A stretch of DNA of 64,000 nucleotides from a virus. The notes below the pieces were generated by a model, which was not told the DNA's origin, did no database searches, and was given only the letters and a program-made list of their open reading frames with translations. Position numbers and translations under genes: made by a program. Positions 18,704 to 25,397 of the stretch are shown in pieces. The stretch's first letter is position 1, and the number at the start of each line of letters is the position of its first letter. The stretch covers positions 6,520 through 70,519 of the IMG/VR virus record IMGVR_UViG_3300025466_001309, one strand, 5' to 3'.

Positions 18704-18958
18704 TTATACTGCTTTACCAGTTTTATCTTGTTGATTGGTTAGGTATTTTTCCAATGCTTGTTCGTAGGCTTCTTCTGACAAACCGTGCCAGCCACAGCAT
18801 TTACCATCTGGGCTACGGCCACAACCGCATGATCCGATTTTACTTGTATCTTCTTGTACTCTTACCTGCATTTTATTCTTTCCAAATATTGAATCGTAGT
18901 TTTGACTAAATTGATCTAGACTAACACTATATGGTCTTGGACGACTTCCTTTACTCAT
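18704..18958 (-). CDS. CDGSH-type iron-sulfur/zinc-finger-like small protein
   Basis: CGCGRSPDGKCCGWH. Confidence 0.65.
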   Translation of the reverse strand: MSKGSRPRPYSVSLDQFSQNYDSIFGKNKMQVRVQEDTSKIGSCGCGRSPDGKCCGWHGLSEEAYEQALEKYLTNQQDKTGKAV

Positions 18959-19173
18959 ATTTTCCTCAAATAATCTCTGCCTACTAGGCCTGCTTCAATT
19001 TCTGCCAGCGCAGTAATAGTAGTGCCGTTCTTTGTAGCAGTATTTAATAGTGAACGATGTCCACGCTTTAATTCTCGAACACGCAATGCGGCCACTAGCA
19101 CTAGATCAAATCTACTGCCAATATTTTCTACGCATTTATCTGTATTCACATTGTGTCGGGTAATTGATTTCAT
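18955..19173 (-). CDS. rpoZ: RNA polymerase omega subunit homolog
   Basis: VENIGSRFDLVLVAALRVREL...TALAEIEAG matches RpoZ. Confidence 0.88.
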   Translation of the reverse strand: MKSITRHNVNTDKCVENIGSRFDLVLVAALRVRELKRGHRSLLNTATKNGTTITALAEIEAGLVGRDYLRKI

Positions 19174-19208
19174 TGTTTTCCTTGGGTTATTAAAATGCTC
19201 TGCGGTAT

Positions 19209-19334
19209 CTATAAAGTTGCTATTATTTTGTTGACCTGCTGTAAGTCTAAACGCAATCGATGAGCAATTTCACTAGAATCTAAATTTCTCTCTAACAGTT
19301 CTTTAATTTGAGCGATAACATCTTGATATGACAT
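19209..19334 (-). CDS. 41-aa HTH-like protein (MSYQDVIAQIKELL...)
   Basis: AGGAG SD; SSEIAHRLRLDLQQV. Confidence 0.6.
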   Translation of the reverse strand: MSYQDVIAQIKELLERNLDSSEIAHRLRLDLQQVNKIIATL

Positions 19335-19398
19335 GCGATTCTCCTGAAGTATGCATATACATATATAACGCCTTGACCTCTCATTTCGTTTACAAATT

Positions 19399-19483
19399 TG
19401 GTGCGGGCGGTGAGACTCGAACTCACACACCTTACGGCAATGGCTTCTAAAACCATCTCGGCTACCAGTTACGACACACCCGC
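19399..19483 (-). tRNA. tRNA-Leu(TAG)
   Basis: class II cloverleaf, CCA. Confidence 0.95.
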
Positions 19484-19490
19484 ATTTTCC

Positions 19491-19656
19491 ATTAGTTGAT
19501 AGTACTCAAAACTTTACAAGTTTAGCAAATTTCTGAGTGGAGTTCGATTCTCCTCATAAGCCATTGCCCGAGTTATTTCAGGACTGGAAGATGGCCCTAC
19601 CAGCCCGCCTAGAGTATGCGTCCATACACGATACCTCTCGAATACTATCAACTAAT
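19491..19656 (-). ncRNA. unclassified ~166-nt structured RNA closed by a 21-bp stem
   Basis: terminal inverted repeat with G-U pairs on minus strand, three internal hairpins, own promoter. Confidence 0.7.
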
Positions 19657-19667
19657 AATATTATATT

Positions 19668-19695
19668 AGTATAACAAATTTTTATAATCTGTCAA
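19668..19695 (-). promoter_or_regulatory. sigma70 promoter TTGACA-16-TATACT
   Basis: immediately upstream of ncRNA. Confidence 0.7.
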
Positions 19696-19705
19696 TGCCT
19701 TTTTA

Positions 19706-19780
19706 TGGTAACGCTACGGGGAATCGAACCCCGATTGCCAGGATGAAAACCTGGTGACCTAACCGTTAGTCGATAGCGTC
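19706..19780 (-). tRNA. tRNA-Glu(TTC)
   Basis: cloverleaf, CCA. Confidence 0.95.
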
Positions 19781-19799
19781 ATTATTATATTTCTGTAAT

Positions 19800-20057
19800 T
19801 TATCTCAAAGTTGTAGTCTTATTGTTCAATGGTTGAATTTTCCAATTGGCTTCTCTATTAATATCTCGGACTTCTTTTATACAAGTTGTTTTTAGATCTA
19901 GATTTTGAATCTTATCACAGTCATTGGCATTGGATGTGGCAACTGCTATACACAATTTTTTCTTTTCAGTATTATGCTCTTTGACACATTCATCTAAACC
20001 ATAGGAGGCCCAGCATTGCGAGGCCCTGATAATCAATAATATGACTAGGAATCTCAT
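19800..20057 (-). CDS. secreted Cys-rich hypothetical protein
   Basis: signal-like N terminus, spaced Cys. Confidence 0.65.
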   Translation of the reverse strand: MRFLVILLIIRASQCWASYGLDECVKEHNTEKKKLCIAVATSNANDCDKIQNLDLKTTCIKEVRDINREANWKIQPLNNKTTTLR

Positions 20058-20145
20058 AACACTATATTTATTACAATACTGTAATATTTATAAATTATTT
20101 TGTAGGAACTGTCAATCTATAAATATCTTATAAACTACATACATT

Positions 20146-20925
20146 ATGAATAAATTAGAAAATTTTCCTACAGTAACATACATTAATTTACACGAGTCAT
20201 TAGATCGTAGGACGTTCATGGAAGATCAATGTAAAAAATATGGTTTACAAAGTACTCCATATTTTACCGATAGGTATGATGTTTTTAAAGATCAAATCGA
20301 AATTCGATGTCAGGTATACTGCGATTATCATCAAGGCAACAATATCAGTTATATAAATGCCATGCGGAGATGGTATGATACCACTGATGAAGAATATGGT
20401 TTTTTCTGTGATGATGACATTAGTTTTGAAACAGTTGATCTATGGAACTTCACCTGGCAGGAATTTATAGATAATCTTCCAAAAGATTGGCAATGTGTTC
20501 AAATGGTTAGAATCAACATCTGGGAAGACGGAATGAAAAATTATGGAATTCTTGAGATACCATCAATACAGATTCGTGAACGTGCTTGGAATGACTACGG
20601 ATGTGCCGCAGTATTTAAAAGAGAATATGTAAAAAAATTATTAGATCGCCATTGGATTTCTAATAATGTCTATAGTTTTAATATACCTTCAAGATCTAAT
20701 TCAGAATATTTTTATTATCCCATAGTTGAAAGTCTACTCTATAGAGAAATCAGCGATGGAGTTTATAACTGTCCATTACTGTTAGAAAATCAATCATTTG
20801 ATTCAACAGTGCATTTTGGAGAAGAAGGCCGAATTCCTCATAGGCGTTCATTCAAGATTTATTCAACATTGTGGAACTTATATGGTAATGAACTTCCACT
20901 GTCTTATATATTAAACAAATCTTAA
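20146..20925 (+). CDS. GT25-like glycosyltransferase (paralog of 13986..14726)
   Basis: YINL..SLDRR, FCDDD, DWQCVQM; TATAAATA upstream. Confidence 0.75.
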   Translation: MNKLENFPTVTYINLHESLDRRTFMEDQCKKYGLQSTPYFTDRYDVFKDQIEIRCQVYCDYHQGNNISYINAMRRWYDTTDEEYGFFCDDDISFETVDLWNFTWQEFIDNLPKDWQCVQMVRINIWEDGMKNYGILEIPSIQIRERAWNDYGCAAVFKREYVKKLLDRHWISNNVYSFNIPSRSNSEYFYYPIVESLLYREISDGVYNCPLLLENQSFDSTVHFGEEGRIPHRRSFKIYSTLWNLYGNELPLSYILNKS

Positions 20926-20930
20926 TGTCT

Positions 20931-21020
20931 TGGCGGAGAGTGTGGGAGTCGAACCCACTCGACGGCTCATCACCATCGTCGGATTAGCAATCCGATGCCT
21001 TACCATCCGGCCCACTCTCC
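20931..21020 (-). tRNA. tRNA-Ser(GCT)
   Basis: class II cloverleaf, CCA. Confidence 0.95.
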
Positions 21021-21022
21021 TT

Positions 21023-21119
21023 TGGTACGACCGGTAGGTTTCGAACCTACAAAGGCGTTGTCTAAGACTTTGCCCCATCCTGCCGAAACAGAGGTCTGCC
21101 ATATTCCACTCACGGTCGT
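21023..21119 (-). ncRNA. tRNA-like RNA with intact acceptor/T arm and CCA but no canonical anticodon arm
   Basis: ACGACCG/CGGTCGT, GTAGG-TTCGAAA-CCTAC; middle TCTGT-TTCG-GCAGG hairpin plus extra arm. Confidence 0.75.
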
Positions 21120-21125
21120 ATATAC

Positions 21126-21154
21126 AGTATATACTTATTGTGAATGGTTGTCAA
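21126..21154 (-). promoter_or_regulatory. sigma70 promoter TTGACA-17-TATACT
   Basis: predicted start coincides with 5' end of tRNA-like RNA. Confidence 0.85.
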
Positions 21155-21159
21155 CTCTA

Positions 21160-21248
21160 TGGAGGAGGGATGGTAGAATCGAACTCCAACCGCTTCCGCA
21201 GTCCATCCGCTTTCAAGGCGGTGCCAGACCCAGTCTGGATAACCCTCC
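21160..21248 (-). tRNA. atypical tRNA-Ser(TGA), tRNA-Sec/allo-tRNA-like fold
   Basis: long D stem CCAGAC/GTCTGG with tiny loop, long V arm, bulged T stem, U discriminator. Confidence 0.8.
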
Positions 21249-21259
21249 GATGTTGTTGT

Positions 21260-21335
21260 TGGTGGTAATAGTAGGACTCGAACCTACGATAGGTTGCGTA
21301 TGAAGCAACTGCATTTGCCGCTATGCTATATTACC
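21260..21335 (-). tRNA. tRNA-Met/Ile2(CAT), elongator type
   Basis: cloverleaf, G1-C72, CCA. Confidence 0.9.
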
Positions 21336-21393
21336 ATATAGAAACACACTATGCCACGCTCTGAACCTGGACTCTTAGTAATGTGTTTTTATA

Positions 21394-21469
21394 TGGTGCG
21401 GGCAGGGGGACTCGAACCCTCCAACTTATCGGTTAAAAGCCGATTACTCTACCATTGAGTTATACCCGC
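21394..21469 (-). tRNA. tRNA-Lys(TTT)
   Basis: cloverleaf, CCA. Confidence 0.95.
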
Positions 21470-21515
21470 ATTATCTTCTTGTCACAGTCCATAGGACTCT
21501 CCTTTATTAAAAAAA

Positions 21516-21595
21516 TGGTACCCCGGGCGGGAGTTGAACCCACAGAAAACTTCTCCTTTTGAGAGAGACGACTTTGCCAATTTGTCCACCGGGGC
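21516..21595 (-). tRNA. tRNA-Leu(CAA), short variable arm
   Basis: cloverleaf, CCA. Confidence 0.9.
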
Positions 21596-21649
21596 ATTAA
21601 AAGAACTTCATCGTAGAACTATATTACCAGAGGATGAAGCCGTGTTATC

Positions 21650-21725
21650 TGGTGCCGCCCCCAGGGATCGAACCTAGTTCCTCGGTGCTTCAAACCGGTG
21701 CTATGACCACATCAGCTAAAGCGGC
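21650..21725 (-). tRNA. tRNA-Phe(GAA)
   Basis: cloverleaf, CCA. Confidence 0.92.
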
Positions 21726-21731
21726 ATTGTT

Positions 21732-21806
21732 TGGGCAGGAGAACGGGATTCGAACCCTGGATAACTGATCCACAATCAGTTGTGTTACCACTACACTATT
21801 CCCTGC
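21732..21806 (-). tRNA. tRNA-His(GTG) with G-1, bulges in acceptor and T stems
   Basis: ACTGA-TTGTGGA-TCAGT, C73, CCA. Confidence 0.85.
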
Positions 21807-21815
21807 GCATATGTT

Positions 21816-21889
21816 TGGTATCCAGTAGAGGTAACGCTCCTCTGTCTTTCGATTATCAGTCGAATGCTCTACTATTGAGCTAACCGGAT
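21816..21889 (-). tRNA. tRNA-Ile(GAT), non-canonical T-loop AGCGTTA
   Basis: all stems pair, CCA. Confidence 0.88.
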
Positions 21890-21899
21890 ATGTTATTTC

Positions 21900-21974
21900 T
21901 GGTCCGGCTAGGAAGAATCGAACTTCCATTACAAGATTAGAAGTCTCGTGTATTATCCATTATACGATAGCCAG
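21900..21974 (-). tRNA. tRNA-Arg(TCT)
   Basis: cloverleaf, CCA. Confidence 0.95.
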
Positions 21975-21979
21975 TGCAT

Positions 21980-22066
21980 TGGTGCAAGTACCCGGAGTCG
22001 AACCGGGACACCTATAAAGATATCAGATTTTAAGTCTGAGGCGTCTACCTATTCCGCCATACTTGC
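21980..22066 (-). tRNA. tRNA-Leu(TAA)
   Basis: class II cloverleaf, CCA. Confidence 0.95.
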
Positions 22067-22071
22067 ATGTT

Positions 22072-22147
22072 TGGTGCCCCCACTACGATTCGAACGCAGG
22101 ACCTACTGATTACAAATCAGTTGCTCTACCAACTGAGCTATAAGGGC
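22072..22147 (-). tRNA. tRNA-Thr(TGT)
   Basis: cloverleaf, CCA. Confidence 0.95.
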
Positions 22148-22148
22148 A

Positions 22149-22222
22149 TGGCAGGGGATATAAGAATCGAACTTATGACGATGGAATCAAAATCCATTGT
22201 TATACCATTTAACTAATCCCCA
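22149..22222 (-). tRNA. tRNA-Gln(TTG)
   Basis: cloverleaf, CCA. Confidence 0.93.
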
Positions 22223-22232
22223 ACAAAAAACT

Positions 22233-22308
22233 TGGCTCCCCAGGGTGGGCACGATCCACCGACATTTTGATTAACAGTCAAACGCTCTACCAACTGAGCT
22301 ACTGGAGA
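22233..22308 (-). tRNA. tRNA-Asn(GTT), T-loop ATCGTGC
   Basis: cloverleaf, CCA. Confidence 0.92.
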
Positions 22309-22315
22309 ATAAACT

Positions 22316-22390
22316 TGGCGGTCCCAAGGGGTAACGATCCCCTTCTTCGAGCGTGACAGGCTCGTGTGCGTCCATGAACACTTTGAGACC
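22316..22390 (-). tRNA. tRNA-Asp(GTC), T-loop ATCGTTA
   Basis: cloverleaf, CCA. Confidence 0.9.
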
Positions 22391-22396
22391 TAATCT

Positions 22397-22482
22397 TGGT
22401 GGAGGAAGTAAGATTCGAACCTACTCATCCTTAGGAAACAGATTTACAGTCTGCCGCGCCTCTCCAACTGCGCCGTTCCTCC
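22397..22482 (-). tRNA. tRNA-Tyr(GTA)
   Basis: class II cloverleaf, CCA. Confidence 0.95.
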
Positions 22483-22488
22483 AAAATT

Positions 22489-23076
22489 TTAGATTAAATG
22501 TAATTCTTTTAACACCTGTTTATCCCATAATTCGATTTTAATGTCACTATACATTTTTCTAAACATATCGTATTTTTCTTTGTTTTCTTTACGGAAATAC
22601 CCTTTAACTTCAATAAGTTTTACTAACTCGTCATTTTGATATATAAAGAAATCCGGCCTATATGACTTGTTTCCCTCTAACATATAAAAATTTTCTTCAT
22701 ATTTCCATTCAATTCTATGTTTGTCAAGATATTTTGCCACTTTTGCTTCCCAACTTGACCGAAATACTATTCCATTGTATTCAGTGCGAATGCCTCTGCC
22801 TAATCCATTTCGATTCCCTACCATACCACTAGAAATTTTCATTTTAGTGTTTACTGTATGTGTTTTACCAGCAAAGCCCGACGGCGGACACAATTGCCCT
22901 AGTTGATGTTTTTCTTTAGTTAATTGACTAAGATAATTTCTAACTTTGAGCGTATGAGTTTTGCCTGTAAACCCACTTTTGCAAACAATTTTGCTAGGGT
23001 TATCGTTACACCGAATGCTATGTTGAGCCAGACTCACATTAGTTTTACATTCTTTCCCACAATAAACACAGTTCAT
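22489..23076 (-). CDS. free-standing homing endonuclease (Zn finger + NUMOD3-like repeats + PD-(D/E)XK nuclease)
   Basis: CVYC..H..C, two GF.GKTHT repeats, FRSSWE...YRPDF...IEVKG; TATAAATA at 23104-23111. Confidence 0.8.
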   Translation of the reverse strand: MNCVYCGKECKTNVSLAQHSIRCNDNPSKIVCKSGFTGKTHTLKVRNYLSQLTKEKHQLGQLCPPSGFAGKTHTVNTKMKISSGMVGNRNGLGRGIRTEYNGIVFRSSWEAKVAKYLDKHRIEWKYEENFYMLEGNKSYRPDFFIYQNDELVKLIEVKGYFRKENKEKYDMFRKMYSDIKIELWDKQVLKELHLI

Positions 23077-23126
23077 AATATGACCTTTTCATCTTATATA
23101 CTGTATTTATACTTTTTGTTGTTAAT

Positions 23127-23160
23127 AGTCTTCTGGGGTTACCAATTTTCCTACACATCC
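23127..23160 (-). pseudogene. 5' half of a tRNA truncated after U33
   Basis: GGATGTG TA GGAAAATTGGTAACCCC AGAAGA CT then AT-rich endonuclease leader; no matching 3' half. Confidence 0.7.
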
Positions 23161-23168
23161 AATCGTAA

Positions 23169-23198
23169 ATTATAACACTCTCCAGCTATGCAAGTCAA
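23169..23198 (-). promoter_or_regulatory. sigma70 promoter TTGACT-18-(TGn)TATAAT at head of tRNA array
   Basis: extended -10 just upstream of first (truncated) tRNA. Confidence 0.65.
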
Positions 23199-23395
23199 CC
23201 CCTGTCAATGGGGTAAGGAGAGTGTGTATTAAAGCATACAGTCTGCGGCATCTCAGCCCATGTCAGCTCTATACGCTTTAATACGACGAATTTTTTTATC
23301 TACAAGAAGATAAGCCATCCTCGCCGCCGCCCGTTTGGAACTTTGTTTATAGATGCGTTCTCAGGACCTCGTTTCCTAACCTACATCTTGCTGTA

Positions 23396-23557
23396 CTAGG
23401 CCGTTTTTTCAAGCGACTTTTCTTGCTTTTCTAAAGCCTTACAGTATTGTAAAGCACGTTCAAACTTTTCCTTAAACAGTTTTTCACGCTGTTCTGGGGT
23501 TAAAACATGTTTCCTATACCACTCGGCCTGTTGTAATTTGTTACTGTCTATTTTCAT
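23396..23557 (-). CDS. 53-aa hypothetical protein (MKIDSNKLQQ...)
   Basis: AAGGA SD directly after attenuator terminator. Confidence 0.6.
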   Translation of the reverse strand: MKIDSNKLQQAEWYRKHVLTPEQREKLFKEKFERALQYCKALEKQEKSLEKTA

Positions 23558-23571
23558 TTTTCCTTTCCTAC

Positions 23572-23607
23572 AAAACAAAAAACCCTAGTTATTTCTAACT
23601 AGGGTCC
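23572..23607 (-). terminator. intrinsic terminator of candidate attenuator
   Basis: ACCCTAGTTA-GAAA-TAACTAGGGT then TTTTGTTTT. Confidence 0.9.
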
Positions 23608-23658
23608 TTGGAGTGTTTGTTTGTAAACTTACATTTACATCAAGTCCTCCCGGACCCC
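23601..23658 (-). promoter_or_regulatory. antiterminator hairpin overlapping leader-peptide end and terminator 5' arm
   Basis: GGGGUCC-G-GGAG pairs with CUCC-AA-GGACCCU; inner UGUAAA/UUUACA stem contains the stop codon. Confidence 0.75.
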
Positions 23659-23790
23659 GGTTTCTGGTGTACGATCGTTCAGTGATAACAAACTGTTAAT
23701 CGTAGCCCAATAGGAGGGCATAAAGCCTGCCTGTTTGGCTGTACAATTATGTTGTTGATATCTTGCGAACGATTGCATTTTTATTTCCAT
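23635..23790 (-). CDS. candidate leader peptide (MEIK)MQSFARYQQHNCTAKQAGFMPSYWATINSLLSLNDRTPETGVREDLM
   Basis: manual translation; lies between promoter and terminator; second in-frame ATG at 23778. Confidence 0.7.
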   Translation of the reverse strand: MEIKMQSFARYQQHNCTAKQAGFMPSYWATINSLLSLNDRTPETGVREDLM

Positions 23791-23834
23791 TTTTCCTTGA
23801 AATTTATAAGTTACTTTTTATAACCTATGTATCT

Positions 23835-23863
23835 ATTGTATAGATTATTTAGTCTTTTGTCAA
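23835..23863 (-). promoter_or_regulatory. sigma70 promoter TTGACA-17-TACAAT (TAAATA in spacer)
   Basis: near consensus. Confidence 0.85.
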
Positions 23864-23889
23864 CCCGTGTTGTAAAAATACAACAAAAA

Positions 23890-24645
23890 TTAAATCCAAT
23901 TTCCAAAGTCTGGAACCCAAGTATCTCCATCTTCTGAACGGTCACTACCCGTGCCCTGTGTACGTAGGAAAATCTCAACATTGGTATCCGGCCAGGCCAA
24001 TCCCTGTGCATTTAATATTGTACCAATCATAAGCTCTGTGTGGAATTTAACATTGAGGTTCAGATTAAAGTGATCAACATGGTTAACTAGTTCACAGTAG
24101 GTTTTAATTGTATCTGGTAGTCCAATAGCAAAGATGGTGTTTATTCCACAAGATCTACGATTTTTAGGAGTCACTATAACATTGGGTTGGCGTAATAGAT
24201 ACTGACGAATTTGACTCAAATCCAACATTGGATCGATACCAACATCGGGTCTGGAACGTACAACTAGGTCATAGTCTATGCCGGATTCTTGTCTACGCTG
24301 ATCACAGAGTTTTAAAATTCCGTATTCAGCAAAAAAGTTTTCCGGAGTACAATCAATGTTTTTATACTGGGTAGTGATCTTTGGCATATGGCTAGGATCT
24401 ACTAATTCCACATGCACTAGTCTATGTCCTGCAGGCAATCTGGGTTCGATAAAAGTTCGTGCTTCTTCTTCAGTAGTAGCAGTCCAACTAGGGGACAGGT
24501 AATTACTACGTTGAAAGTTGTCAGACCTTTTTAAATTCCACAGCACTACATACCAGTCTATTTCACTGTTGACTAGATTTTTTAGTTGCATATCAAACTC
24601 TGCACAGAAACGTGCATGTCCGGACAGCAGTAGGGCGGTTCTCAT
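23890..24645 (-). CDS. putative glycosyltransferase, SG(Q/H)xR...YDxxxRxRxD family
   Basis: paralogous with 29257, 29984, 30778, 35284. Confidence 0.7.
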   Translation of the reverse strand: MRTALLLSGHARFCAEFDMQLKNLVNSEIDWYVVLWNLKRSDNFQRSNYLSPSWTATTEEEARTFIEPRLPAGHRLVHVELVDPSHMPKITTQYKNIDCTPENFFAEYGILKLCDQRRQESGIDYDLVVRSRPDVGIDPMLDLSQIRQYLLRQPNVIVTPKNRRSCGINTIFAIGLPDTIKTYCELVNHVDHFNLNLNVKFHTELMIGTILNAQGLAWPDTNVEIFLRTQGTGSDRSEDGDTWVPDFGNWI

Positions 24646-24646
24646 G

Positions 24647-25309
24647 CTATTTCCTTATACAAAGTATATCACTCTCACCATATGGATGTTCTTGTTGAGC
24701 GTTCAAATCTAAAAATTCTGTAGTAAATCCTTGCTGATTTAACCAAGGTTCTAATTCATCTTTTACTACATGCCCTTTATAATAAGGACGTAATGCCGCT
24801 TCAGTATGTATTACTTTAACATCATCAATATATTTGCCTAGACCATTTAGTGCTCGAAATTCATTTCCCTGCACGTCCATCCAAATAAGATCAACACGAT
24901 CTATACCTAATTCTTCTAGTATAACATCTAACCTACGGGCCTGAATACCCGGAACTTCTTTCCATGTTCGATCTTGATAATTATTATCCCAACCACCGGC
25001 CATGTGAATGGGTTCTAGGATCGATGATGCACCTACGTTACCTTCTACAAGATAAAATGTCACAGTTTCTTCAAGGTCACTACAGGCATATTCATAGACT
25101 GAAATATTAGGATAATTTTTACTGGCCGCTAAACAGATTTGGAATTGATCTGGGTTTGGTTCAAACGCCAGTATTTTTGCATCAGGCCAGGCCTGACTCA
25201 TTTGAATACTTTCTTCAAGGTCTCTTGACCCAACATCTAAAATTACTCGGGGAGACCAATCTCCAAATTCTTTTTTTACTCTTTCTATAAAGTTTCCTGC
25301 TACTGGCAT
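24647..25309 (-). CDS. FkbM family methyltransferase
   Basis: LDVGS, FEPNP, WMDVQGNE. Confidence 0.88.
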   Translation of the reverse strand: MPVAGNFIERVKKEFGDWSPRVILDVGSRDLEESIQMSQAWPDAKILAFEPNPDQFQICLAASKNYPNISVYEYACSDLEETVTFYLVEGNVGASSILEPIHMAGGWDNNYQDRTWKEVPGIQARRLDVILEELGIDRVDLIWMDVQGNEFRALNGLGKYIDDVKVIHTEAALRPYYKGHVVKDELEPWLNQQGFTTEFLDLNAQQEHPYGESDILCIRK

Positions 25310-25397
25310 AAAATCCCTTTCTATGAATTACTTATATTCAGATCTCTTGACAAGACAAATTACTGATGCTTAAATAAGTGCTACTATAACTAACCCT

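Noticed and set aside
21160-21248. Selenocysteine or opal suppressor tRNA
   Set aside because: Anticodon is UGA (reads Ser UCA), not UCA
20911-21929. ORF-track entries 20911..21102, 20995..21303, 21690..21929
   Set aside because: They are translations of tRNA genes
22397-23160. Group I intron splitting tRNA-Tyr
   Set aside because: No intron core is visible, and the downstream 3' half pairs with its own 5' half, not with the fragment
23285-23395. Hammerhead ribozyme (GAAAC, GUC, CUGA present)
   Set aside because: CUGANGA core incomplete and required stems could not be formed
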